Shown here: piece after piece, positions 21,563-30,818 of the stretch
How the letters are laid out: each line of letters starts with the position of its first letter
How positions within the stretch are numbered: position 1 is the first letter of the stretch
NCBI GenBank assembly: GCA_964230645.1
Contig: CAXRHT010000002.1
Coordinates: forward strand, 448,001 to 512,000
DNA length: 64,000 nt
Direction: 5' to 3'
DNA from: Bdellovibrionales bacterium
GTDB lineage: Bacteria > Bdellovibrionota > Bdellovibrionia > Bdellovibrionales > JAGQZY01
Made by a program: the position numbers and the translations under genes
Notes under the pieces: model-generated
Told to the model about the DNA's origin: nothing
What the model saw: only the letters and a program-made list of their open reading frames with translations
The model's database searches: none

Positions 21563-23111
21563 ATGAGGCCTCCTTTAGACGACTTTGAATATGAGGAGAG
21601 AGTTTATCAAAAAGCTCTCCAGCAAAGCGTTGCACCTGCCAGGCCAGTTGCCTGACTTCGATCGACTTCTGTTGGCTTTGAAATTCCCAAAGTCCTAAAT
21701 CGTCCTCTGCGGTCACCAGTTGATTCACTCCAATTCTCCCTAAGCGAAACCGACGATCCTCCGCTCCTGCTCTTCTTTTCTGTTCTTTGACAACCTTAAG
21801 ATAAAGTTTCTCATTAGCGACTTCAGCCTCTAGTTGTCGGCAAGCACTGCGCCACTGGGTTTTCAACTCATCCACCGCCAAGGCCAAGCGAACTTGAGTT
21901 TTTTCTTTTTCAACATATTGCTGGGCCCTTTGGGCACGGGCGGCTGAATTATTAAGAGGGAATTTCAATTGCACACCCACATTCCATGAGGGACCTAGTC
22001 CGATGCCGTTCTCATCGCGCCCATCGAGAACATCCTCCACAGTTTGCGCAGCACTTCCATCAATGGCATTGCCTCGGTAGCCCGCAACGAGTTTTAAGTC
22101 GGGAAGAGACTCATTTTTAGCCGCCTTGTAATCCGATTTTAAACTCTCAAGTCTTTTCTCAAGCGCATGGATCTGGGCTGTTTTAGTGGGCTCTGACAAT
22201 TGACCACAGAGTCTCAGTCCTGTCGGCACCGGATTGTCGATAGCCGTGGGCACTTCCATGGGGTCAATACCGAGAAATGTTCTTGGAAGCTTAAGCCCAA
22301 TAACAAGTTGCTCCCACTGCTCGGCTAAGCGCGTGCGCACTTGCGAGAGTCGGGTTTTGTTTGAGGCCAAAAGCGCTTCGACTTGAATTAAATCAGGGGC
22401 CTCCACCGCTCCTTTTTTTGAACGATTGGTTAAAACTCTCACCAGTCTTTTTTGCCGTTTTATCTGCGCTTCGACACTCTCCACCTGCTGCTGCAAAAGC
22501 CAGGCGTTATAAAACTGCGAAATAAACTGCATGGTTGTGGATTCAAAAGAATCTCTTGTCGACCACTCAATAGCATCGGCTCTTAGTCTTGCAGCCTCTC
22601 TCCTTTGCCTAAAGGCATAACCAAAACTATCTCGGAGAAGATCCTGTTCTAGGTTTACCACAGCCACAGTCTGTTTGTAGTTGGTGATAAAGGCATTACC
22701 AAACTGACCAAGATTGGAAAACTCAAGATCATTCATCTCATGGGCCCAACTGAGTGATGTGGTCGTTCCAGTCGACCAGCCCTTTTCAAGACCGAGGTTC
22801 CATTGGTTGGTCTGAGCTCTTACCGGCTGAAAGGGATTGGTTTTTGCTGAATTGTCGTCATTGTAGGACCAACCTCCCAATAAATAGAGATCCGTCTGCG
22901 GATCAATTTGTCCAAGTTCTTCAAGACCCGCTGTCGCATAGTCTAAACCAATCATTCGATAAGCATCCGCATTTAAAAGAGCCACCTTCATCACATAAGG
23001 AAGAGTGAGCTTTTTATCGGGGATTTCATTAAGATACGATTTGGCTTCGGGCGGGAGTGAGGCTGCCAAAGATAAAGGTAGGCAGAGTGTCAGCAAAAAA
23101 ATCCACTTCAT
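21555..23111 (-). CDS. TolC-family outer-membrane channel
   Basis: Signal peptide, 'LPDLKL...WNVGVQLKFPL', 'RFRLGRI' helical repeats; overlaps the RND start. Confidence 0.8.
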   Translation of the reverse strand: MKWIFLLTLCLPLSLAASLPPEAKSYLNEIPDKKLTLPYVMKVALLNADAYRMIGLDYATAGLEELGQIDPQTDLYLLGGWSYNDDNSAKTNPFQPVRAQTNQWNLGLEKGWSTGTTTSLSWAHEMNDLEFSNLGQFGNAFITNYKQTVAVVNLEQDLLRDSFGYAFRQRREAARLRADAIEWSTRDSFESTTMQFISQFYNAWLLQQQVESVEAQIKRQKRLVRVLTNRSKKGAVEAPDLIQVEALLASNKTRLSQVRTRLAEQWEQLVIGLKLPRTFLGIDPMEVPTAIDNPVPTGLRLCGQLSEPTKTAQIHALEKRLESLKSDYKAAKNESLPDLKLVAGYRGNAIDGSAAQTVEDVLDGRDENGIGLGPSWNVGVQLKFPLNNSAARAQRAQQYVEKEKTQVRLALAVDELKTQWRSACRQLEAEVANEKLYLKVVKEQKRRAGAEDRRFRLGRIGVNQLVTAEDDLGLWEFQSQQKSIEVRQLAWQVQRFAGELFDKLSPHIQSRLKEASFE

Positions 23112-23226
23112 AGTGAACAGAGGCTACAGAGAGCCCGATTAGAAGTCAATTAAAGGAGAAGACCTTTTTGCGCCCGAACTTAAAAATAATGGACAAAGTC
23201 TGTGACCAGCATTTAGGGTGTTAGCT

Positions 23227-24129
23227 ATGAGTTATATTGCTGCTATTGATATCGGTTCCAACGCGATCCGTTTAGCCATTGCCCATGTCACAAAAACCGG
23301 AGTGCATGTCTCCTATCGCTCCAGAGAGCCTGTCAGGCTTGGAAGCAGTGTTTTCAGCACAGGAGCTATTGATGAAAAAGTCTCAGAAAATTTAGCCAAA
23401 GCTCTTGGCAAATTCAAGAATCAGCTGGAAAATCACAACGTCAAAGAGTTTCGAGCCATTGCCACCAGCGCAATGCGTGAGGCCACAAATGGTCAAGATG
23501 TTGTTAAATTTCTTGAGGAAAAAACGGGCATAAAGGTGGAAGTGATCTCCGGAGAGGAAGAGGCAAGGCTTGTCTCAACCGCGATCGCGCAACGGATGGA
23601 CCTCTCCCAGGGCAAATACCTTTTTATTGATATCGGCGGCGGTAGCATCGAATTGGTCGCTGAATGCGATGGCGAAATCCTCAAAAAAGAAAGTTTCACC
23701 ATGGGAATGGTACGAGTGCTCGAGCTTCATAAAAAGAAAGAGGACCTCCTTCCCCAGTGGTTGCCTGAGTTTATTAAAGAAACTGTGGGAGATTTCTTTG
23801 TCGGACTTCCCGTGCTTGATGCCTCGGTGGGAACAGGCGGCAATATGGACCGTTTTATTAAACTTAAAAGTCATGTTGCTAGTCACCAGGGCGATTTTCT
23901 TCACGCTCAGGACATGGAGAAACTTTATGAGAAGCTCGTCGAAGTGGATTACAATGAAAGAATCCGCCGATTTGCGCTCAAACCCGATCGAGCCGATGTG
24001 ATTGTGCCTGCAGCTATTGCAACCATTGAACTTATGAAAATGGCTCAATCGGAGAAGATCTATTTCCCGCAAGTGGGAATTAAAGATGGAGTTCTTTTCG
24101 ACTTGGCCAAACAGCTCAACAAAGCATGA
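23227..24129 (+). CDS. ppx: Ppx/GppA exopolyphosphatase
   Basis: AAIDIGSNAIRL, ATSAMREA, ISGEEEA, DIGGGSIE, RADVI. Confidence 0.9.
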   Translation: MSYIAAIDIGSNAIRLAIAHVTKTGVHVSYRSREPVRLGSSVFSTGAIDEKVSENLAKALGKFKNQLENHNVKEFRAIATSAMREATNGQDVVKFLEEKTGIKVEVISGEEEARLVSTAIAQRMDLSQGKYLFIDIGGGSIELVAECDGEILKKESFTMGMVRVLELHKKKEDLLPQWLPEFIKETVGDFFVGLPVLDASVGTGGNMDRFIKLKSHVASHQGDFLHAQDMEKLYEKLVEVDYNERIRRFALKPDRADVIVPAAIATIELMKMAQSEKIYFPQVGIKDGVLFDLAKQLNKA

Positions 24130-25559
24130 ATAGAAAACAGGGCCTAGTTTTATTATTTGTTGCCCTCATCAATTGCCAATGCGCATCGATCACCGATCGA
24201 CACCAATACATCCGGATTGTACCACCTGATCAACACACTGAAGTCTATTTCGACGATCAAAAAGTTACAAAAGGAGAGCCACACACCCTACGCTTCACCC
24301 GGGAGTCAGAACCAAAACTACGACTTGTAAGAGGACAGAAAGAAGTCAAAAAAAAGTTGTCGACTTCTTATCGCTGGGGACAATCTTTTGCCGGTAATGC
24401 TCTAATGTTCACCTACGCTCCCATCGGCTGGCTCGTTGATTGGATCACGGGAGCCGCTTGGGAGTCTGAAGAGTTTCTCAACAAAGAAAAACATTTTCCT
24501 CTCAACTCCCAGTCTCAAATTTTTATCTTTCCTCCCACAGGAGTCACTAGTCTTGACTCCCAACAAATGGGCCAGGAGCTTTATGAGTGGTTTTTAAAAA
24601 AATATCCCCACTCCAAAATTATCAGCTACGAAAAGTCTTACTACAAAGCCTTGTCTTTTGGTTTCGATCACCAATCTCTTGTTGACAAAAAAGACCGCGA
24701 TGTCGGCTCTTACGCTGAATTGATTCACGACACAAACGCCACTCATTTAGCTTTAAGCCGCTATGACGAAACCACCAACAGCCTTGAGATCGAAATTATC
24801 AGCCCTTATTCAGAGAGAAAGATAGCCAGTCATAATATCGCGACCATAAAACCGGAATCAAAAGACAGCACTTGGAATTGGGTGGTTTCTGAATTCTTCG
24901 AGCTTCTCCCTAATACTGTGTCGCTGGGGAGTATTCAAACCAACATCTACGGCTGCGCTCGGCAGGTTAGTACCAATATTGACCGCTACTGCGCTAAGGC
25001 TCGAACAGGCTCGCCTTTTGAGTTTATTTCAGCAATTAACTTCACCAATGTTCTGCACTTTAGAAAAAGAGAAACCTGGGGCCTGTACCTGCGGTTTTTT
25101 CCTGATTTCAATCTGGCTTATAACGATGTGGAGTTTTCGGAGATCGATCAAAGCTTAGAAGATCTTTATCTCGATTGGGCCTACATAAGTTTGGGCTACG
25201 GTCCTCGCTTAAGCTTTATTATTCCCATAGGCGAGCTTTTTGCGGAAATGACTCCCTTTTACGCCGCCAATTACCTTCGCCTTCATTCAAACAGTATGGA
25301 TCAAACGCAATACAAAGGAAAGTTTGGAGTTTCCATTCAAATGGGCCTTAATTCCTGGCTTTCTAACCGCTGGAATTTGCGTTTTTTCGTAAAGGGCTCG
25401 AATCAAAATATTTTAGAAAACCAGGCTCTGGATCAAATTGATGCGGGCACACAGTTTGATCGCGGCATTGCTATTCTGCAAACAGGCCTCTCTATTGGCT
25501 ATTATTTCTCCTCAGAAAAAGCCTATATAACCGACGCCTTTTTACAATCTGAAAACTAG
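24126..25559 (+). CDS. hypothetical exported protein (probable lipoprotein, beta-barrel-like C-terminus)
   Basis: 477-aa ORF coupled to ppx (ATGA); signal with Cys; 'GWLVDWITGAAW'; amphipathic strands ending GLSIGYYF. Confidence 0.6.
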   Translation: MNRKQGLVLLFVALINCQCASITDRHQYIRIVPPDQHTEVYFDDQKVTKGEPHTLRFTRESEPKLRLVRGQKEVKKKLSTSYRWGQSFAGNALMFTYAPIGWLVDWITGAAWESEEFLNKEKHFPLNSQSQIFIFPPTGVTSLDSQQMGQELYEWFLKKYPHSKIISYEKSYYKALSFGFDHQSLVDKKDRDVGSYAELIHDTNATHLALSRYDETTNSLEIEIISPYSERKIASHNIATIKPESKDSTWNWVVSEFFELLPNTVSLGSIQTNIYGCARQVSTNIDRYCAKARTGSPFEFISAINFTNVLHFRKRETWGLYLRFFPDFNLAYNDVEFSEIDQSLEDLYLDWAYISLGYGPRLSFIIPIGELFAEMTPFYAANYLRLHSNSMDQTQYKGKFGVSIQMGLNSWLSNRWNLRFFVKGSNQNILENQALDQIDAGTQFDRGIAILQTGLSIGYYFSSEKAYITDAFLQSEN

Positions 25560-25566
25560 ATTTGGG

Positions 25567-26235
25567 CTAAATCTTATTGTCGACTCCAATAAGGGGGATG
25601 CTTTCAGTCTCACGATCCGGCTTTGCATAAGAAAGCCTAGAGAGGCGCCCTCCCCTGTGGTAGCTGTCCAGTCCTGAAACGACTAAACTTCCCGCTGCCT
25701 CAATATCAAGGTAGCCATCGGGCTGCACAGACGACTCTGGTACGAAAAACTTTTCGATTTCTCCCACAATAATCTTGGTTTTATTCAGAGGTACATCCAT
25801 CACCTCTCTGAGTTTAAGTCCTAACTGAACTTGCGATTCCGCCACAAAAGGCGCTGGGAAATTCTTCCAGGACTCCGTTAAGCCTGTTTTTTCAAATTCA
25901 CTCTCCTCGCGATCATAGCGAGCACTACACTGATGCGCTTTTTTATAAAAGCTTTCTTGGACATGGTTGATGGTGAAGTAAGGATTCTCCTCCAAGTTCA
26001 TAAATGTGTGCCGGGGTGACTGCGTGGAATGAGGCCTCAGCACAAATCCCATCAGTGGAGGATGAGCCCCTAAATGGAAACAAGAACTGATCATAGCAAG
26101 ATTTGTCCTTTCTTTACTGTCACAGGTGCCAACAAGATTGGCTGACTTGTAGCCAGAGAGACTGTTGATTAACTTGACCCAGTAGCGCTTGGGGAACTTA
26201 TTGGAATCGTTTTTTGTAAACTCTTGCATGCTCAT
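25567..26235 (-). CDS. flavin reductase family protein
   Basis: INSLSGYKSANLVGT, HTFMN, SARY, SGLDSYH; AGGAG RBS. Confidence 0.85.
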   Translation of the reverse strand: MSMQEFTKNDSNKFPKRYWVKLINSLSGYKSANLVGTCDSKERTNLAMISSCFHLGAHPPLMGFVLRPHSTQSPRHTFMNLEENPYFTINHVQESFYKKAHQCSARYDREESEFEKTGLTESWKNFPAPFVAESQVQLGLKLREVMDVPLNKTKIIVGEIEKFFVPESSVQPDGYLDIEAAGSLVVSGLDSYHRGGRLSRLSYAKPDRETESIPLIGVDNKI

Positions 26236-26278
26236 TTCACTTCTCCTTTTTTAAGCCTTAGTCCGCTGCCCTACCAAA

Positions 26279-26481
26279 TATCGTCCTGAGTTTTATAATG
26301 TCGTTTTGAGTGTCCCAATGTCCTCTTGAGTTTCATGATGTCGTCTTGAGCACCCAAATGTCGTCTTGAGCGAAGCGAAAGACCTAAGATCCTTCGCTCC
26401 GCTCAGGATGACATTTTGTCGCTTCACTCAGGATGACATTTCGTCGCTTCACTCAGAATGACATTTTTTCGCTTCGCTCAG
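26279..26481. repeat. REP-like locus B
   Basis: 20-bp period units at 26279, 26299, 26319 and 26339; core dimer 26359-26413; inverted 25-bp period units ending 26438 and 26463, plus a partial one to 26481. Confidence 0.92.
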
Positions 26482-26497
26482 CAAGCCCCCACACAGT

Positions 26498-26860
26498 CTA
26501 GCGAATAGCAGCGATCCTTATCGGTCCCTTAAACCTCATGGACTTTACTCTTTGCCCGTTTTGTAAAATCTCAATTTGTCCTTTCAGGCAGAGCCTACGA
26601 CAGGCTTTCACCACTCTTTGATGATTCTCTTTCCAATTATCACCAAAGTGTTTTCGAGAAAATTGTGAGGGACAGTAGTTCTTACCCCTATCTAGTGACT
26701 CAACTAAAAAGTTTTCTAAAGATCTATCTTTTTTATTCAGCTTCTGACTCGAACATTTCTTGCTACAATACCTAACCTCTTCATTTTTTGTATTCCTCTT
26801 ATCGTTATCCATTGGGAGACCGCAAGACTGGCAATGCTGGTTTTCACTTTCTAGGTTCAT
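26498..26860 (-). CDS. DUF2256/DUF3253 fusion protein
   Basis: CxxC...VRYCSKKC followed by CPS...VVKACRRL...KGPIRI. Confidence 0.75.
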   Translation of the reverse strand: MNLESENQHCQSCGLPMDNDKRNTKNEEVRYCSKKCSSQKLNKKDRSLENFLVESLDRGKNYCPSQFSRKHFGDNWKENHQRVVKACRRLCLKGQIEILQNGQRVKSMRFKGPIRIAAIR

Positions 26861-26906
26861 GGTTTCAAAGAAACACCCTCTTTCTCATTTGAGAACTATA
26901 ATTTTG

Positions 26907-26948
26907 TGTAAAATATTACATACATTTTAGTTCAAACATTCTTGAACT
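26907..26948. promoter_or_regulatory. two palindromic operator candidates in divergent intergenic region
   Basis: TGTAA-N4-TTACA (26907-26920) and AGTTCAA-N6-TTGAACT (26929-26948). Confidence 0.4.
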
Positions 26949-26996
26949 TTTATCAGGAGCCAGATATCCTGGCAATAACTCTTAGGGAGGTTCACC

Positions 26997-27440
26997 ATGG
27001 ATGGACTGGTTTCAATCGTATTAGTTATCGTTTCGCTGGGCTTACTGAATGTTTGGCTTTTGCGCTCTTCGCGAAGCACCTCGTTTCGGGGCAATAACGC
27101 CAGCGACTTGAAATCAGAGTTTCAGGCCTATGGTCTTCCTCTCTGGGCCTTTTATGTTGTTGGATTTCTCAAGGTGAGTATCGCCTTTAGTCTTCTTATT
27201 GGTTTCTACTTTAATTTCCTCATTGCTCCGAGTGCTGCTCTTCTAGCTGTACTAATGATGGGGGCGGTTTTGGCGCACATTCTCGTATCGGATCCTATTC
27301 ATCGATTTGTCCCCGCCCTCATCATGCTGTTGTTTGCGATTTTCTTAAGTTTCCAGGCTGATCCCAACGTCGTCGAAGTGGCTAAAGACCTAAATTTTTT
27401 ACAAGTCACTGAAAACCTACAGGTTAAAGCATCGAAATAG
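26997..27440 (+). CDS. DoxX-like membrane protein
   Basis: NVWLLR, EFQAYGLP, MMGAVLAH; GGAGG RBS. Confidence 0.82.
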   Translation: MDGLVSIVLVIVSLGLLNVWLLRSSRSTSFRGNNASDLKSEFQAYGLPLWAFYVVGFLKVSIAFSLLIGFYFNFLIAPSAALLAVLMMGAVLAHILVSDPIHRFVPALIMLLFAIFLSFQADPNVVEVAKDLNFLQVTENLQVKASK

Positions 27441-27449
27441 GGGGGCTTT

Positions 27450-27665
27450 ATGAATTATCTTTTCATCGCAACTTTTATTCTCGCTCTATCGAGCCTTTTC
27501 TACACCCTCAACAAAATCATTCACATGGTGAAAGATGACCTCATCGCCCGCCAAGAAAAAGAAAAATTAGAAATGGCCGAACGCTTCCCTTTTGACAAAG
27601 TTCAGAAGCAAGGGAAGAGCAAACTTATCCGCAAATGGTATGATGAAGAAATCACAAAAATTTAA
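27450..27665 (+). CDS. small hypothetical membrane protein
   Basis: 71 aa, N-terminal TM, G-rich RBS, directly follows the DoxX gene. Confidence 0.55.
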   Translation: MNYLFIATFILALSSLFYTLNKIIHMVKDDLIARQEKEKLEMAERFPFDKVQKQGKSKLIRKWYDEEITKI

Positions 27666-29812
27666 ACTTCTTCCTCAGGCCCCGAAAATTGGCAACGGGC
27701 TAGGGTGAGTTTCATCAATTGTTCTTGAGCTCCAACTGGCAATCCCTTAGGAGACTTTCTTTTCTCATAAGTTCCGTCACTTTGTTGCTCCCACGCACTT
27801 TGGTAATCACTGAGGGCAATTTCCAGAATTTCAAAAAGCTTACGCTTGAGACTGCGGTCTAAAACAGGTGTCACCACTTCCACCCGGCCATGCAAATTTC
27901 TTCTCATCCAGTCGGCCGAGCCAATAAAGTAAAGACCTTCGAGTGGATCTTCCTGAGCGTTTTGAAAATAAAAGATGCGGGAGTGCTCAAGGAAGCGGCC
28001 GAGGATGGAAACGACCTGGATGTTCTCGCTCAAGCCCTTCACTTGAGGTTTTAGACAGGAAAAGCCTCGAATATTAAGGTCCACCTTAACCCCGGCCTGC
28101 GAGGCCGTGTAGAGGAGCGAGATGATTTCGCGATCCTCAAGAGAATTAAATTTTGCAATAATTCGGGCGGGCTTCCCTTTTTTAGCATTGGCAATTTCGT
28201 TTTCGATAAGTTTTAGAAACTGCTCTTTCATATTCATGGGTGCTACGAGCAGGCTCTTAAACTCTCGCTGAAAGGATCGTCCCGTAAGAAAATGAAAAAG
28301 CTGAATGACATCCTGAGTGATCTTTTTATTACAAGTTAAAAGACCCACGTCGGTATATAACCTTGCCGTGGAAGAATTGTAGTTGCCCGTGCCGATATGA
28401 CTATAGGCGGTGATCTCTTTTCCTTCTTTGCGAAGAACTAAAGTGGTTTTACAGTGAGTCTTGAAACCGATAACCCCATAAACAACATGAATGCCTGCTT
28501 TTTCCATTTGTTGGGCCCAGAAAATGTTGCGTTCCTCATCGAAGCGAGCTTTGAGCTCAACCAGACAGACCACCTGCTTCCCCATTTCTGCGGCGTGAAT
28601 AAGGGAGGAAATAATCGAACTCTTTGCATTGGTACGGTAGAGAGTCATCTTTATGGCCAATACGTGCTCGTCCTCACTCGCTGAGCGAATAAAACGCTCA
28701 ACGGTGTTGGTAAAATTCTCGTAAGGATGATGAACCAACTGATCCCCTTGTTTGATCAAATCAAAAATGGAGCTTTGATTGTCTTGAAAGGGTGATAAAA
28801 CCCTCGGGTCCCACGAGGAATATTTGAGGTGAGGCAAAGGCAGGTCAGCAATATCAAAAAGAGAGGTGTAGTCCAATAATCCCGGAGTGACATAAATATC
28901 CTCCTCGTGAAGCTCAAGTTCGTCTCGAAGTAAATCCACCATCCAGGGGTCCGAGTTCTTACCCACCTGCAAACGCACAGCTTCGGCAAAACGCCGTTGG
29001 CGGATCTCTTCAGTGATCATCTCCAGGAGATCCTCTGCACCCTCTTCGTCCCTTTCTAAATCCGCATTGCGGGTGATTCGAAACGGCATAACTTTCAAAA
29101 TATTCATGTCAGGAAAGAGGTCTGCGAGGTTATGAGAGATCACCTGTAACAACGACACAAAAGTAACACCCTCGTTGTCTTTGTCCGACTCTACCTCAAT
29201 CCAAGCGGGAAAAATTCTAGGAACTTTCACGCGCCCAAAAAGAATTTCTTTTCCTTTTTTATTTTCTAACTTCAACGCCAAAGACAAAGAAAGATTCGAT
29301 ATAAAGGGAAATGGAAGAGCGTTATCAACCACAAGAGGCGTGAGCACCGGAAAAACGTTGGTCTGATAGTAATCTCTCATGGCCTCTTTTTGCTTAGAGG
29401 TGAGGTCTTTCCATTTTTTCAAATGAATATTGTGATCGGAGAGTTCTGGCAAAATTTCTTTTTTATAGATTTGAGTGACTTTTTTTGTGTCTTCGAGCAA
29501 GAATTCAGTGATTTTATGGAGCTGCTCTTTCGCTGTTAGACCATCATGAGATTTTTTAGACAGCCCATAATCCACCTGTCTTTTTAATCCCCCCACCCGC
29601 TTCATCACAAACTCATCCAAATTCGAAGTGAAAATCCCTAGAAAACGCACCCTCTCCAAAAGAGGAACCTCTCCGTCAGAAGCCAATTCTAGAACCCTAC
29701 GATTGAATTCTAGCCACTGAATTTCGCGGTTAAAAAAATGATCATAGTCTTGGGGTTGGTTTGAAGAATAACGTTTTTTGAGGGAGGACTTTTTAGACTG
29801 ACTCAATTTCAA
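27662..29812 (-). CDS. ppk1: polyphosphate kinase 1
   Basis: NREIQWLEFNRRVL, SNLDEF, HHPY, ELKARFDE, GRFLEHSR. Confidence 0.97.
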   Translation of the reverse strand: MKLSQSKKSSLKKRYSSNQPQDYDHFFNREIQWLEFNRRVLELASDGEVPLLERVRFLGIFTSNLDEFVMKRVGGLKRQVDYGLSKKSHDGLTAKEQLHKITEFLLEDTKKVTQIYKKEILPELSDHNIHLKKWKDLTSKQKEAMRDYYQTNVFPVLTPLVVDNALPFPFISNLSLSLALKLENKKGKEILFGRVKVPRIFPAWIEVESDKDNEGVTFVSLLQVISHNLADLFPDMNILKVMPFRITRNADLERDEEGAEDLLEMITEEIRQRRFAEAVRLQVGKNSDPWMVDLLRDELELHEEDIYVTPGLLDYTSLFDIADLPLPHLKYSSWDPRVLSPFQDNQSSIFDLIKQGDQLVHHPYENFTNTVERFIRSASEDEHVLAIKMTLYRTNAKSSIISSLIHAAEMGKQVVCLVELKARFDEERNIFWAQQMEKAGIHVVYGVIGFKTHCKTTLVLRKEGKEITAYSHIGTGNYNSSTARLYTDVGLLTCNKKITQDVIQLFHFLTGRSFQREFKSLLVAPMNMKEQFLKLIENEIANAKKGKPARIIAKFNSLEDREIISLLYTASQAGVKVDLNIRGFSCLKPQVKGLSENIQVVSILGRFLEHSRIFYFQNAQEDPLEGLYFIGSADWMRRNLHGRVEVVTPVLDRSLKRKLFEILEIALSDYQSAWEQQSDGTYEKRKSPKGLPVGAQEQLMKLTLARCQFSGPEEEV

Positions 29813-29833
29813 CTCTCAGCTTTAAGGGTTTTA

Positions 29834-30076
29834 TCAGCCTTCAGTACTTCCGTCGTCGCCAATACTTTCTACAGGACAGCCTTCCATAGCTTCCACACAG
29901 AGTTCCTCTTCTTCGGGACTCTCTGGTTGTTTAGCCACAAAGGCATGACCATCATCTTCATCAAGGTAAAAGTTATCCGGGGCTGTGAGGTTACAGGCCG
30001 CACAGTCTATACAAGATCGGTCGACATAGTATTTGCCGGGCTTGTTATCGGGATATTTGTCGTTAATATCAGCCAT
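29834..30076 (-). CDS. ferredoxin (single Fe-S cluster)
   Basis: CIDCAAC...CPVESI. Confidence 0.9.
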   Translation of the reverse strand: MADINDKYPDNKPGKYYVDRSCIDCAACNLTAPDNFYLDEDDGHAFVAKQPESPEEEELCVEAMEGCPVESIGDDGSTEG

Positions 30077-30081
30077 AAATC

Positions 30082-30597
30082 CTAGGTTTCCAGTAGCCCC
30101 TCTTCGCGCAACTGGTGGCTAGCCAAGGAAGAGAGACCAAAAAATATCAACATAAAAGCCGTTGTGCTCATTAGAGTGAATCGGAAAAAGGGAAGGCCCA
30201 TCTGGTAACAGGTTAACAGTCCACTCAAATCAGGGGTATACATTTGCGAGCCGTACCAAACCCCAAAGTTGGAGAGGAGGAAAAAAACCACAGCTCCAAA
30301 AAGTCCTGAAAATGCGAATCCCGAAAACTTAAAGGAAGTCTTTGTGCCCACAAAAAAGAGAGCACCAAATGCTAGATAATTAAACAGCATCCCCGGATAA
30401 AACCCCAGAAGAGCATCACTGACAACAAGGGCCAATGCAGGAAGCGCTAAAAGACTGGGCTTTTTTTGAGCAAGAAAACCACTCATCAAGCATAAAGCAA
30501 GGACAGGTGAGAAATTAGCCGCGTGCGGATAAACACGAGACACAATCAAAAATAAACTTATCAAAGCCAACAGGCCTGCCAAAAACCATTTTCCCAT
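30082..30597 (-). CDS. DUF6580 family putative transport membrane protein
   Basis: SRxxPHxxNFSP, SD, FFLLSNFGVW, CYQMGLPFF. Confidence 0.8.
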   Translation of the reverse strand: MGKWFLAGLLALISLFLIVSRVYPHAANFSPVLALCLMSGFLAQKKPSLLALPALALVVSDALLGFYPGMLFNYLAFGALFFVGTKTSFKFSGFAFSGLFGAVVFFLLSNFGVWYGSQMYTPDLSGLLTCYQMGLPFFRFTLMSTTAFMLIFFGLSSLASHQLREEGLLET

Positions 30598-30818
30598 GAT
30601 GAACTCCTTAAAACATAAGCTTTACCATGATTCCAAGGGGGATCACAAGCAAAGGCCTTTTATATTACACACTTAAAACCATAAATGCTTCGCATCAATA
30701 GCCCCCAAACCAGGGAATCAGTACTATTGTGTGCAAGAGACCTTTTAAGGGGTTCATTAAAACTCTCAAAAAGGTGAATGGCTCGTAATAGCTCAACAAC
30801 AAGGAATTAATCTTCATC

